A DNA stretch of 64,000 bases from Rhodospirillales bacterium. GTDB taxonomy: Bacteria > Pseudomonadota > Alphaproteobacteria > Bin95. A program made the translations under genes and the position numbers. Position 1 is the first letter of the stretch, and each line of letters begins with the position of its first letter. The notes beneath the pieces are model-generated. The model was given only the letters and a program-made list of their open reading frames with translations, was not told where the DNA came from and did no database searches. Shown piece after piece: positions 9,643 through 19,900 of this stretch. The stretch lies in assembly GCA_038143065.1 (NCBI GenBank), contig JAYQLI010000035.1:1536894-1600893 (forward strand), read 5' to 3'.

Positions 9643-10872
9643 ACAAAGCTTGAACGCTCCTCAGATTCAAGAAGGGCGTCTCCCTCAAGCAATAATACAT
9701 TTTGTTCGTATCCTTCGAAGGGCTGGCATGGCGCTGGGCCCTCGCATGCCCTTCTTGCAACTGAAGCTGCCACAGCGGTCGATATATCAGATAGAAAGCA
9801 GTTTTATTGGGCACTTCATGCAACACTAGTAAGTCGCCCAGACCAACGGGAAATCTTTGATCAGGCCTTTCAAATGTATTGGCGAAGTTCAAGTTTTTTA
9901 AACAAAGTGGTCCGGATAAAAATTCCCTTAAATGACCTATACACAAGCAAAGAAGAGCCCAAGCAAGAGGTTCCAAAACGCCTAGCCGAAGCCTTTTCTT
10001 CAAGTGATCATGAACTGAAAAATAACCCAAACGAATTTGGGTCAGATGATACCCATGTGAATTTGGCTTGGTCAGGGCAGGAAAAGTTAAAGAAAATTGA
10101 TTTCGAGGACATGTCAGCCGATGAGACTAAGGCGGCAAAACGCGCTATCGCTCGGCTAAGATTATCGTTTCCAGATTTTCCCTCTAGGCGCTTTAAGGTC
10201 AGTTCTAGAGGCCGCCTAATTGATATGCGCGCCACCCTACGTTTTCAGCTACGTAGCGGCCATGACGGCATTCATCTAGCCAAAAAAACAATAAGAAAAC
10301 GCCCTCCACGAATTGTAGCCATCTGCGACATCTCTGGATCTATGGCTCACTATTCTCGAATGCTGCTTCATTTTCTGCATGCCTTATCCAATGACAGAGA
10401 ACGCGTGTCGAGTTTTGTGTTTGGCACTCGCCTTACCAATATCACCAATCAGCTTAAAAACCGCGATGTGGATATAGCGCTCGACCAAGTGGCACGGTCA
10501 GTCGAAGATTGGGAGGGTGGCACCCGCATCGGTGAATGCTTAAATGATTTTAATCAAAAATGGTCTCGTCGTTTGTTGGGGCAAACTGCAATCGTATTGC
10601 TAATAACTGATGGCCTTGATCGTGAGGAAGGAAATACACTCCACAGTGCAATAGAAAGACTTGGAAAATCTTCTCGAAGACTTATCTGGTTAAATCCACT
10701 TTTGCGGTATGATGGTTTCGAACCCAAGGCGCGTGGGGTTAGAACAATTCTGCCTCATGTTGATGAGTTTCGCGCGACACACAACTTAGAAAGCCTGGAG
10801 GCGCTGGCTTCAGCCCTTAGCTCTCCTAAAACGAAAGGAAACAGGAAATGCCAGCAGACGCTTCCGAACTAA
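9635..10872 (+). CDS. coxE: VWA-domain protein (CoxE-like); frameshifted near 9740 in this sequence
   Basis: N-terminus HFVRILRRAG. Adding one C to the run at 9739-9741 joins it (..FYWALHATLVSRPDQREIFDQAF..) to ORF 9874-10872, which has MIDAS CDISGSM, FGTRLTNIT, GGTRIG, ITDGLDR and WLNPL. Confidence 0.88.
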
Positions 10873-11209
10873 AAGGTGAAATCGGTCCAGCCGAATCCGA
10901 TGAGATAATTGCGAAGGCCATGTCGTGGCGGGACCAGGGCAAGGGTTTAGCAGTAGCAACAGTGGTATCAACTTGGGGGTCGAGCCCTCGTGGCATCGGC
11001 TCCCAACTAGTGGTTAATTCTGATGGCTCTTTCCTCGGATCTGTATCGGGTGGTTGCATTGAAGGTGCCGTAATTACCGAGGCACTCGATGCAATCTCGG
11101 ACGGGAAGCCTCGTCTACTAGATTTTGGGGTTAGTGACACACAGGCCTGGGAAGTAGGCCTTACTTGCGGCGGCAAAGTAGAAGTTTTGTGGAGCGGGTC
11201 GGCGAATGA
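10848..11209 (+). CDS. XdhC/CoxI N-terminal-domain protein (small subunit of a split XdhC/CoxF)
   Basis: VATVVSTWGSSPR, GSVSGGCIEG, AWEVGLTCGG. One extra T in the run at 11185-11188 gives ..EVFVERVGE* ending at 11209 with an ATGA overlap onto the next gene; as given, the ORF runs to 11237. Confidence 0.87.
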
Positions 11210-11907
11210 AGTCAGAAACCCTTGGAAAACTCGCTGAATACGCGAAAGCAAGAGAGGCGCACGCTCGCGTCGTTCGGATTTCCGATGGAAGCGAAACAGT
11301 CATTTTTGATGAGCAAGAAACTGGCAATCTAGATGCCCCTTCAACCATCATTGAGGCTGCCAAAGAAGCAATTCGTAAAGATAATTCAGCCCTAATAACT
11401 GATGGAGAAGAGCGCTATTTCATTCATGTGCACAACCCTCCACGCCGCATGGCTGTAATAGGAGCGGTACACATCACTCAGCCATTGACGCAAATGGCAT
11501 CACTCGCAGGATTCGATGTTACCGTGATTGATCCCCGAGGAGCATTTGCAACCGCGGAGCGTTTTCCTGGTGTTACGATGATGGATGACTGGCCGGACGA
11601 TGCGATGTCGAAAATCGCGCCAGACAGTCGGACGGCCGTTGTGACACTATCTCACGACCCGAAGATAGATGACCCAGCGCTCGCTGCCGCTCTTCGCTCC
11701 AAGGCATTTTACATTGGCGCACTGGGAGGTAGAAAATCACATGGAAAACGCCTCGATCGCTTAAAAGAACTGGGTTTTGACGATCAAACTCTTAAGCGGA
11801 TCAATGGACCTGTTGGTTTAGACCTTGGTGGACGAGCGCCAGCAGAAATTGCGTGCGCCATACTCGCGGAAGCCATACAGCACCTTTATAAAGAGCCAAA
11901 GGTATGA
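11206..11907 (+). CDS. XdhC/CoxF Rossmann-domain protein (Moco insertion chaperone)
   Basis: VIGAVHI, VIDPR..FAT.ERFP, LSHDPKIDD, YIGALG, GPVGLDLG..PAEIA. Confidence 0.9.
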   Translation: MKSETLGKLAEYAKAREAHARVVRISDGSETVIFDEQETGNLDAPSTIIEAAKEAIRKDNSALITDGEERYFIHVHNPPRRMAVIGAVHITQPLTQMASLAGFDVTVIDPRGAFATAERFPGVTMMDDWPDDAMSKIAPDSRTAVVTLSHDPKIDDPALAAALRSKAFYIGALGGRKSHGKRLDRLKELGFDDQTLKRINGPVGLDLGGRAPAEIACAILAEAIQHLYKEPKV

Positions 11908-13535
11908 AATTTGGTCCCTGTCCAGCTTCGGACGCGGCTGGGGCCTATCTTGCCCATTCCGTAAAAGTAAGTGGACGTGTGTTCAAAAAGGGCAGACTTT
12001 TAACGACAGAAGACAGTGCGAGACTGAGTGACAGTGGGATCGATACCGTCATTGTTGCCACGCTTGAAGAAAATGATGTGCATGAGGATGATGCAGCGCG
12101 ACGCCTTTCGGAGGCCTTGCTTGGCCCTGGGTTAAAGACAAGCGCTGCTTTCACTGGAAGAGTTAATCTTTTCGCCTCCAAACCCGGTGTCGTTGTGGTC
12201 GATAAAAAGAAGATCGACCAAATAAATAGAGTTCATGAAAGTATTACCGTCGCAACTCTTCCAGAATACGAAGCAGTGGATGCTCGCCAAATGGCAGCAA
12301 CAGTTAAGATTATTCCATTTGCTGCACCAGAGAGTGCTGTCATTGAGGCGGAGGAGCTTGCCAAAAAAGGCAGTGCTGCAATTCAAGTTGCGCCTTACAC
12401 CCACAAAACAGCCGTTTTGATCCAGTCCACTCTAGCAACAATCAAAACGAGCGTTCTGAATAAAACAGTAGATATCACTGCAGCCCGACTTGAAGACACG
12501 GGCTGCACTTTAATACGGGAAATTCGATGTAACCATAATGCGGAAGCAATCTCAGCTGCCATTAAGGAAGCTGGTGAACATAAACCAGACATCTTCCTGA
12601 TAGCTGGTGCATCAGCAATTTGTGATCGGTCAGATGCTCTTCCCAAAGGAATCGAACTCGCTGGAGGCGAAATTCAACACTTTGGAATGCCTGTGGACCC
12701 TGGAAATTTAATTCTCTTTGCCACACTTACAGAGAAGCTGGTGATAGGTTTGCCGGGATGCGCTCGCTCTCCTAAGTTGAATGGCTTTGATTGGGTATTG
12801 CAGCGCTTTGCAGCTAACATTCCCCTGAAGCCTGATGACGTTAAGGGAATGGGAGTCGGTGGACTACTAGCCGAGATTAGCGCCCGACCCTTGCCGCGTG
12901 AACAGGCAACCAAAAGAGGGCAAGTTAAACCTCAGGCCCCTAAAGTGGCAGCAGTGGTTCTGGCAGCTGGTCAGTCCCGCCGAATGGGCTCGGCAAACAA
13001 GCTACTAGAGGTTGTTGATGGAAAACCTATGGTGGTTCATGCTGTGGAAGCAGCGCTTGCCGCAGATACTATTTCTGTAACTGTTGTCGTGGGCCACCAA
13101 TCAGACGAAGTAAAAAAAGTACTTTTAAACAAAGACGTTAGCTTTGTTGAAAACCCCGACTACGATGAAGGTCTATCTACATCCCTTCGCGCTGCAGCAA
13201 AAAATTTAAATGGGCAAGCAGACGCATTAGTAGTCCTACTTGGGGATATGCCTCAGGTGAATGCCTCACATATTGACCAACTAATTGCTGGCTTTAATCC
13301 CACAGAAGGGCGCTCCATATGCGTTCCAACACATGAGGGGAAAAGAGGCAATCCAGTTCTTTGGGCCAGCTCTTTTGTAAAACAGATGGCCGACCTCCGT
13401 GGTGATGTGGGAGCAAAACATCTCATTGGACAAAATGAAGAATCAGTCTCGGAAATAGAGATGTCAGACCCTGCTATTCTGAGGGATATTGATACGCCAG
13501 AAGCCCTCAAAGCCATCCGTTCGGAAGCTATTTAA
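11904..13535 (+). CDS. Molybdopterin-binding (MoeA-like) domain fused to a molybdenum cofactor cytidylyltransferase (MocA-like) domain
   Basis: N-terminal GRVNL, TVKIIPFA, GMPVDPGNL, GLPGCARSPKLNGFDWVL; C-terminal LAAGQSRRMG, NKLL, LGDMP, RGNPVLW, GDVGAK, DIDTPE. Confidence 0.88.
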   Translation: MKFGPCPASDAAGAYLAHSVKVSGRVFKKGRLLTTEDSARLSDSGIDTVIVATLEENDVHEDDAARRLSEALLGPGLKTSAAFTGRVNLFASKPGVVVVDKKKIDQINRVHESITVATLPEYEAVDARQMAATVKIIPFAAPESAVIEAEELAKKGSAAIQVAPYTHKTAVLIQSTLATIKTSVLNKTVDITAARLEDTGCTLIREIRCNHNAEAISAAIKEAGEHKPDIFLIAGASAICDRSDALPKGIELAGGEIQHFGMPVDPGNLILFATLTEKLVIGLPGCARSPKLNGFDWVLQRFAANIPLKPDDVKGMGVGGLLAEISARPLPREQATKRGQVKPQAPKVAAVVLAAGQSRRMGSANKLLEVVDGKPMVVHAVEAALAADTISVTVVVGHQSDEVKKVLLNKDVSFVENPDYDEGLSTSLRAAAKNLNGQADALVVLLGDMPQVNASHIDQLIAGFNPTEGRSICVPTHEGKRGNPVLWASSFVKQMADLRGDVGAKHLIGQNEESVSEIEMSDPAILRDIDTPEALKAIRSEAI

Positions 13536-13630
13536 ACTGCAAACTGCACTTTCTTAGATCAAAGGGACTTCCAAGCGAGTGCAGAATGCTATAGAAGGCC
13601 GCCTTCGGGCAGAACTTTTGTGCTGTTCGG

Positions 13631-13716
13631 GCGGGCGTGGCGGAATTGGTAGACGCGCCAGATTTAGGTTCTGGTGGCCATCGGCCGTGGGGGTTCAAGT
13701 CCCTTCGCCCGCACCA
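13631..13716 (+). tRNA. tRNA-Leu (anticodon TAG)
   Basis: GCGGGCG acceptor stem pairs with CGCCCGC, followed by ACCA; D arm TGGCGGAATTGGTAGACGCG; anticodon arm CCAGA-TTTAGGT-TCTGG; long variable arm; GGTTCAAGTCC T arm. Usual position upstream of tig. Confidence 0.97.
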
Positions 13717-13755
13717 TTTTTGTAAGTTTCACTTAAGACGGCGGACGCGAGTAAA

Positions 13756-15099
13756 ATGCAGGTTACGGAGACGCTTTCCGAAGGTTTGAAGCGCGAGTTT
13801 CAAATGGTTATCTCGGCAGGAGAGATTGATTCAGCAGTTGAAGAACGACTTGTTGAGATGGCACCGCAGGTCAACCTGCACGGCTTCCGCCCAGGTAAAG
13901 CTCCAGTAAAAATTCTTCGTCAACGGTTTGGTAAGGCCGTTTTAGGAGAAGCCATCGACAAAATTGTGCGCGAAGGCATGGCATCCGCATTCGACGACCG
14001 CAGTTTAACTCCAGCTTTCGAACCTGAGTTAGATTTTGGGGAATACAAGGATGGGGAAGACCTTTCCTTCACCGTTAAGTCAGAAATTCTCCCTGAAATT
14101 AAACCAATGGACTTTTCATCGCTTGAATTAGTCCAGCTCGAGGTTCCAGCAAAAGACGAAGACGTCCAATCAGAACTAGAGCGCTTTGCAGAAGCTATGC
14201 GCGAAACAACTGATGTCGAAGAAACTCGCCCAGCTGAAAGTGGCGATGTAGTCGTTATTGATTTTGTAGGGAAAGTCGACGGAGAAGAGTTCGCCGGAGG
14301 TTCAGCGGAAGGCTATCACTTAGAGCTTGGAGCTGGTGCCTTTATTCCAGGCTTTGAAGACCAGCTGATCGGGGTATCGCCAGGAGAAGACAAAGACGTC
14401 AATGTTAAATTCCCTGATGACTATGGTGCAGAAAATTTAGCCGGAAAGGATGCGGTCTTCGCCGTTAAATTGACCGGACTCAAAGCTAAAACTGAAGCTA
14501 AGCTTGACGATGAATTGGCTAAAAAGGTCGGTATGGATGATTTAGCTGCTCTAAAGGCTCAAATCGCCGAACGCATCACAGGAAGCTATAGCCAGGCAGC
14601 AAGAGCCCGGATGAAGCAAGAGCTTTTTGATAAATTAGACGAAGCGCACGAATTTGAATCACCTCCCACATTAGTCGAGCGTGAATTCGAACAAATCTGG
14701 GCCGAGGTTAAGCAGCAGCTCGAAGGTGATAACGCTGACGAAGTCCGCGAGGGTAAGTCAGATGAAGAACTAGAGGCAGATTACCGAAAAGTGGCCACCC
14801 GCCGAGTTCGCCTCGGATTACTATTAGCTGAAATTGGTAAGCAGAATAGCATTGAAATAACTGAACAAGATATTGGCCAAGCGATCCGCGCACAGGCTGC
14901 TAATTTCCCTGGCCAAGAACAAATGGTTTACGAGTATTACCAGAAAAATCCGCAAGCGCTTGGACAAGTGCAAGCACCTATTCTCGAAGATAAGGTGGTG
15001 GACTTTATTCTGGAGCTTGCGAAAGTTGAGAAGCGCTCAGCAACACCAGAAGAACTTATGGAGACTGCTGGAGACAAAGAGAAGTCAGAGGAAGCTTGA
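13756..15099 (+). CDS. tig: Trigger factor
   Basis: MQVTETLSEGLKR start, ribosome-binding GFRPGK motif, FKBP domain (VVIDFVG, FIPGFEDQL, FPDDY), RRVRLGLLL. Confidence 0.98.
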   Translation: MQVTETLSEGLKREFQMVISAGEIDSAVEERLVEMAPQVNLHGFRPGKAPVKILRQRFGKAVLGEAIDKIVREGMASAFDDRSLTPAFEPELDFGEYKDGEDLSFTVKSEILPEIKPMDFSSLELVQLEVPAKDEDVQSELERFAEAMRETTDVEETRPAESGDVVVIDFVGKVDGEEFAGGSAEGYHLELGAGAFIPGFEDQLIGVSPGEDKDVNVKFPDDYGAENLAGKDAVFAVKLTGLKAKTEAKLDDELAKKVGMDDLAALKAQIAERITGSYSQAARARMKQELFDKLDEAHEFESPPTLVEREFEQIWAEVKQQLEGDNADEVREGKSDEELEADYRKVATRRVRLGLLLAEIGKQNSIEITEQDIGQAIRAQAANFPGQEQMVYEYYQKNPQALGQVQAPILEDKVVDFILELAKVEKRSATPEELMETAGDKEKSEEA

Positions 15100-15124
15100 C
15101 CTTCGTCATTTCAGCGCCAACTCT
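15095..15124 (+). promoter_or_regulatory. Putative RpoH (sigma-32) promoter for clpP
   Basis: CTTGAC-N16-CCAACTCT resembles the alphaproteobacterial RpoH consensus (CTTGAA-N16-CCTATNT) and is near-identical to the motif upstream of lon. Confidence 0.55.
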
Positions 15125-15186
15125 TTGAGTAGTTAACAGCCGTGGGTGATCCATCGCCTACGAACAGCACACCGAAAGAGCCCGTA

Positions 15187-15843
15187 ATGACTTCTTTTGA
15201 CCCTTTCCGCCGCCCTACCTCTGCAGGTGATACCACCATGAATGCTTTGGTTCCGATGGTTGTAGAACAATCAAATCGAGGTGAGCGCGCCTACGACATT
15301 TACTCGCGCCTCCTCAAAGAACGGATTATTTTCCTCACAGGGCCCGTTTACGACGAAGTCTCTTCGCTGATTTGCGCCCAGCTATTGTTCTTAGAAGCCG
15401 AAAACCCTGACAAAGAGGTTAGTTTCTATATCAACTCGCCAGGTGGTGTTGTCACAGCAGGCTTAGCTATCTACGACACCATGCAATACATCCGTGCTCC
15501 TGTTGCAACGCTCTGCATTGGTCAAGCGGCATCAATGGGGTCACTGCTGATGGCAGCAGGTGCTCCAGGTAAGCGTTTTTGTTTACCTAATTCCCGCATA
15601 ATGGTGCATCAACCATCAGGCGGCTTCCAGGGCCAGGCAACAGACATAGAAATTCACGCTCGTGAAATTCTAAGCCTACGACAAAGGCTTAACGAAATTT
15701 ACGTCAAACACTGTGGGCAAGACCTCAAGACCGTAGAGGATGCACTTGAGCGAGATCGCTTCATGTCTGCCGAAGAGGCAAAAGACTTTGGTATTGTCGA
15801 TGAAGTGGTACAAGAGCGTCCAGCAGCTGCGGCGGAAGACTAG
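15187..15843 (+). CDS. clpP: ATP-dependent Clp protease proteolytic subunit
   Basis: [42 protein letters not shown] (catalytic Ser), MVHQP (His), ERDRFMS. Start is 15187 or 15238. Confidence 0.98.
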   Translation: MTSFDPFRRPTSAGDTTMNALVPMVVEQSNRGERAYDIYSRLLKERIIFLTGPVYDEVSSLICAQLLFLEAENPDKEVSFYINSPGGVVTAGLAIYDTMQYIRAPVATLCIGQAASMGSLLMAAGAPGKRFCLPNSRIMVHQPSGGFQGQATDIEIHAREILSLRQRLNEIYVKHCGQDLKTVEDALERDRFMSAEEAKDFGIVDEVVQERPAAAAED

Positions 15844-15966
15844 GAACCCATCTAATTTGGTGCTTCATTCAATTGAGTGACTAAAAAACGTCCCCATGAC
15901 GTTTTACAGAGGCTCGCCAAGAGTTTAAGCTGCTAAGGCGACGCTCCGTTGCAGATAGGAAAGCGT

Positions 15967-17244
15967 ATGAGCAAGAATTCTAGCTCCGACTCAAAAAACA
16001 CGCTTTATTGCTCTTTTTGCGGAAAAAGCCAGCACGAAGTGCGAAAGCTAATAGCAGGACCAACCGTATTCATTTGTGATGAATGCGTAGAGCTCTGCAT
16101 GGATATCATCCGAGAAGAGCATAAAAGTAGTCTAGTTAAATCCAGTGATGGTGTGCCAACACCTCAAGAGATCTGCAGTGTTTTGAATGACTACGTGATT
16201 GGTCAGGACCGCGCAAAACGAGTTCTTTCGGTAGCCGTTCACAATCACTACAAACGCCTGAACCACGGCGCTAAATCTGGCGATGTTGAAATCGCAAAGT
16301 CGAATTTATTACTCATAGGTCCCACAGGATCGGGCAAAACACTTTTAGCTCAAACACTCGCACGTATCCTCGACGTTCCGTTCACAATGGCTGACGCTAC
16401 AACTCTCACCGAGGCTGGTTACGTTGGTGAGGACGTGGAAAACATCATTCTCCGTCTCCTCCAGTCAGCAGATTACAATGTCGAACGAGCTCAACGCGGG
16501 ATCGTATATATCGACGAAGTGGACAAAATCAGCCGTAAATCCGACAATCCCTCAATCACGAGGGACGTATCTGGCGAAGGCGTACAGCAAGCACTGTTAA
16601 AGATTATGGAAGGTACAATTGCATCTGTGCCGCCCCAGGGCGGGCGCAAGCACCCACAGCAAGAGTTTCTCCAAGTTGACACAACAAATATTCTTTTCAT
16701 CGTTGGCGGCGCGTTTGCAGGCTTAGAAAAGATAATTTCTGGCCGTGGAAAAGGCACAGCGATCGGCTTTGGGGCAGATGTTCGTTCGCCTGACGCCCGT
16801 CGCCAGGGCGATGTTTTGGCTGAAGTTGAGCCAGAGGACCTATTGCGCTTTGGTTTAATTCCAGAATTTGTGGGTCGTCTCCCCGTGATAGCCACGCTAG
16901 GCGACCTTGATGAGGAGGCCCTCATTGAAATCCTTACTAAGCCAAAGAATGCTTTGATAAAGCAGTATCAGCGCCTCTTTGATATGGAAGATGTGAAGCT
17001 TACCTTCACAGAAGATGCCCTAGAAGCGGTAGCTGAAAAAGCCATAGCTCGGAAAACGGGGGCTCGTGGACTTCGCTCCATCATGGAAGAAATTCTTTTG
17101 GAATCCATGTTTGATTTACCGAGCATGGACGGCGTAGATGAAGCAATCGTTAATCGAGAAGTTGTCGAGGGACGAGCGCAGCCGCTTTATGCGTATGCGG
17201 ATAAAAACGACGATTCTTCAGCTGCCCCGGAAATGGCATCTTAG
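15967..17244 (+). CDS. clpX: ATP-dependent Clp protease ATP-binding subunit
   Basis: Zinc finger [43 protein letters not shown] loop, GARGLR. Confidence 0.99.
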   Translation: MSKNSSSDSKNTLYCSFCGKSQHEVRKLIAGPTVFICDECVELCMDIIREEHKSSLVKSSDGVPTPQEICSVLNDYVIGQDRAKRVLSVAVHNHYKRLNHGAKSGDVEIAKSNLLLIGPTGSGKTLLAQTLARILDVPFTMADATTLTEAGYVGEDVENIILRLLQSADYNVERAQRGIVYIDEVDKISRKSDNPSITRDVSGEGVQQALLKIMEGTIASVPPQGGRKHPQQEFLQVDTTNILFIVGGAFAGLEKIISGRGKGTAIGFGADVRSPDARRQGDVLAEVEPEDLLRFGLIPEFVGRLPVIATLGDLDEEALIEILTKPKNALIKQYQRLFDMEDVKLTFTEDALEAVAEKAIARKTGARGLRSIMEEILLESMFDLPSMDGVDEAIVNREVVEGRAQPLYAYADKNDDSSAAPEMAS

Positions 17245-17330
17245 GCCACCGACTCGAGGCGTAGCCTTGATTAATTTTTTGGTGCTGCCGGATTACGCTG
17301 GAAAACAAACGAACAAGAGCATTTTAACCT

Positions 17331-17360
17331 CTTGAATTTGTCCGTTCGGACGCCAATTCT
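17331..17360 (+). promoter_or_regulatory. Putative RpoH (sigma-32) promoter for lon
   Basis: CTTGAA-N16-CCAATTCT, ending 66 bp upstream of the lon ATG. Confidence 0.6.
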
Positions 17361-17426
17361 ATTTGTATAGAAATTAGAGTCGACGTTCCGTCTTCTCGTT
17401 CCGATGAATTTGGAGAACACCTGATT

Positions 17427-19829
17427 ATGACAAGCACGAATACTTTTCCCGTGCTCCCACTTCGGGACATTGTGGTGTTCCCTCATATGATCGTTCCCTT
17501 ATTTGTAGGCCGGGAAAAATCCGTTCGCGCTCTAGAAGAAGTGACCAACGGCGACGGTCGCATTCTCCTAGCAGCTCAGCATGATGCAGGCGTTGATGAC
17601 CCCGGGCCCGATGATATTTTTCCTGTCGGTACCGTTGGGTCGATTTTACAACTACTGAAGTTACCTGATGGCACTGTTAAGGTTCTCGTTGAGGGCGGGG
17701 AACGTGCCAAGATCACGGCTTTTACTGAGCAATCTGAGTTCGTTGAAGCGGAAGCTGATATTCTGTCCGACAATGAAACGGGAACCCCGGAGCTAAAAGC
17801 GTTAGCTCGCACTGTAGTTGCTCAGTTTGAAAGCTACGTGAAGTTAAACAAAAAGATCCCTCCAGAGGTGCTGGTTTCAGTAAATCAGATAGAAGAACCA
17901 TCGAAACTTGCTGATACAATCGCAGCCCACCTAGCCCTGAAAATTCCAGAAAAACAGCAGCTTCTTGAGACAGAAGACGTTAAAGATCGGCTTGAACGGG
18001 TATTTGCGTTTATGGAAGGCGAAATCGACGTCCTTGAAGTTGAAAAACGCATTCGTGGCCGGGTTAAGCGGCAGATGGAGCGCAGTCAGCGAGAGTACTA
18101 TCTCAACGAACAAATGAAGGCGATCCAGCGCGAGCTTGGTGACGGTGAAGATGGAAAAGATGAGACACAAGAGCTTGAAGAGCGGCTACAAAAAATAAAG
18201 CTTTCCAAGGAAGCCAAGGAGAAAGTTGGGGCTGAGCTTAAGAAGCTTCGCAACATGGCTCCTATGTCCGCAGAGGCTACAGTTGTTCGTAACTACTTAG
18301 ACTGGATTGCTTCCATACCGTGGAAGAAGCCTTCTCGGGTTAAGAAAGACCTAAACGGTGCCGAGGCCGTACTTAACGAAGATCATTTTGGTCTAGATAA
18401 GGTCAAAGAACGGATCCTTGAAGATCTCGCCGTTCAAACGCGCACTAAAAAGGTGAAAGGTCCAATCCTTTGCCTCGTAGGCCCTCCAGGTGTTGGAAAG
18501 ACATCTCTTGGTCGCTCAATTGCCAGAGCAACGGGACGTCAATTCGTTAGAATGTCACTCGGCGGTGTTCGAGATGAAGCGGAGGTGCGAGGCCACAGAC
18601 GAACTTACATCGGTTCAATGCCTGGGAAAATCATCCAGGGCATGAAAAAAGCAAAATCGTCAAATCCACTCTTCCTTCTAGATGAGATAGATAAGCTTGG
18701 CGCTGATTGGCGCGGCGATCCATCATCAGCTTTGCTCGAGGTTCTTGACCCCGAGCAGAACAGCACTTTCGCTGACCATTACTTAGAAGTCGATTACGAT
18801 CTATCTGATGTGATGTTTGTAACAACCTCTAACTCTTTGAACATGCCTCAGCCACTTCTCGATCGTATGGAGATCATTCGTATCCCTGGCTACACTGAGG
18901 ATGAGAAGATTGAGATCGCAAAGAGGCATTTGATTGAAAAACAAATAAAGAATAATGGTCTTAAAAAAGGAGAGTGGTCTATCACAGACGATGCCCTCCG
19001 AGACTTAGTACGCTTCTACACACGCGAAGCAGGCGTGAGAAACTTAGAGCGCGAAATTGCGAATTTAACTCGCAAAGCTGTTCGAGAAATCGTAGCCGAA
19101 AATAAGAAAAGCATCCGCGTTACAAAACGCAACCTTGATAAATACGCCGGGATCAAAAAGTTCCGCTTTGGCAAAGCCGAGAACGAGGATCTAGTTGGCG
19201 TAGTCACAGGCCTTGCGTGGACGGAAGTTGGTGGTGAACTACTAACAATCGAAGCCGTTGTCATGCCAGGCAAAGGCAACGTCGCAAACACCGGCAAACT
19301 GGGCGATGTAATGCAAGAATCTGTGCAGGCCGCACGCAGTTTTCTGCGTTCCCGCCTGCTTCGGTATGGCATCAAACCATCGGACTTCAATAAGCGTGAC
19401 ATCCACGTTCACGTGCCAGAGGGCGCAACTCCTAAGGATGGGCCGTCTGCTGGCGTAGCGATGTGCACGTCGATTATTTCAGCGCTTTCCGGGATCCCCA
19501 TCAGAGCAGACGTAGCAATGACCGGAGAAATTACCCTTCGTGGGCGTGTGCTTCCAATCGGTGGATTGAAAGAAAAACTTCTGGCCGCGCTTCGTGGAGG
19601 CATCAAAACCGTTCTAATACCGAAAGATAACGAGAAAGACCTCGCTGACATCCCTGAAAATGTCAAAAAGGAACTAGAGATTATTCCGGTAGAAACCGTG
19701 GATGAGGTTCTAAAACGTGCCCTAACTCGCTTACCGGTGCCCATAGAGTGGACTGAAGAAGATGAAGCGGCAGAAGCAGAAGCATTATTAAAAGCGAGGA
19801 AAGACGCTTCAGAAATCGTAGCGCACTAA
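17427..19829 (+). CDS. lon: Lon protease (endopeptidase La)
   Basis: [42 protein letters not shown] (catalytic Ser), GGLKEK (Lys). Confidence 0.99.
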   Translation: MTSTNTFPVLPLRDIVVFPHMIVPLFVGREKSVRALEEVTNGDGRILLAAQHDAGVDDPGPDDIFPVGTVGSILQLLKLPDGTVKVLVEGGERAKITAFTEQSEFVEAEADILSDNETGTPELKALARTVVAQFESYVKLNKKIPPEVLVSVNQIEEPSKLADTIAAHLALKIPEKQQLLETEDVKDRLERVFAFMEGEIDVLEVEKRIRGRVKRQMERSQREYYLNEQMKAIQRELGDGEDGKDETQELEERLQKIKLSKEAKEKVGAELKKLRNMAPMSAEATVVRNYLDWIASIPWKKPSRVKKDLNGAEAVLNEDHFGLDKVKERILEDLAVQTRTKKVKGPILCLVGPPGVGKTSLGRSIARATGRQFVRMSLGGVRDEAEVRGHRRTYIGSMPGKIIQGMKKAKSSNPLFLLDEIDKLGADWRGDPSSALLEVLDPEQNSTFADHYLEVDYDLSDVMFVTTSNSLNMPQPLLDRMEIIRIPGYTEDEKIEIAKRHLIEKQIKNNGLKKGEWSITDDALRDLVRFYTREAGVRNLEREIANLTRKAVREIVAENKKSIRVTKRNLDKYAGIKKFRFGKAENEDLVGVVTGLAWTEVGGELLTIEAVVMPGKGNVANTGKLGDVMQESVQAARSFLRSRLLRYGIKPSDFNKRDIHVHVPEGATPKDGPSAGVAMCTSIISALSGIPIRADVAMTGEITLRGRVLPIGGLKEKLLAALRGGIKTVLIPKDNEKDLADIPENVKKELEIIPVETVDEVLKRALTRLPVPIEWTEEDEAAEAEALLKARKDASEIVAH

Positions 19830-19865
19830 AAATAGTCTGCTTCCAGATCGTTATAATAATGATTT

Positions 19866-19899
19866 AAACTGGGTGCTTCGTTTGGAGCACCCAGTTTTC
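19866..19899 (+). terminator. Intrinsic terminator after lon
   Basis: AAACTGGGTGCTTC-GTTT-GGAGCACCCAGTTT hairpin followed by T residues. Confidence 0.8.
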
Positions 19900-19900
19900 T

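Noticed and set aside
10848-11907. Split xdhC as a frameshift-broken single gene
   Set aside because: After one homopolymer fix the first ORF ends in an ATGA overlap with the second, and a two-gene XdhC arrangement is common in Alphaproteobacteria.
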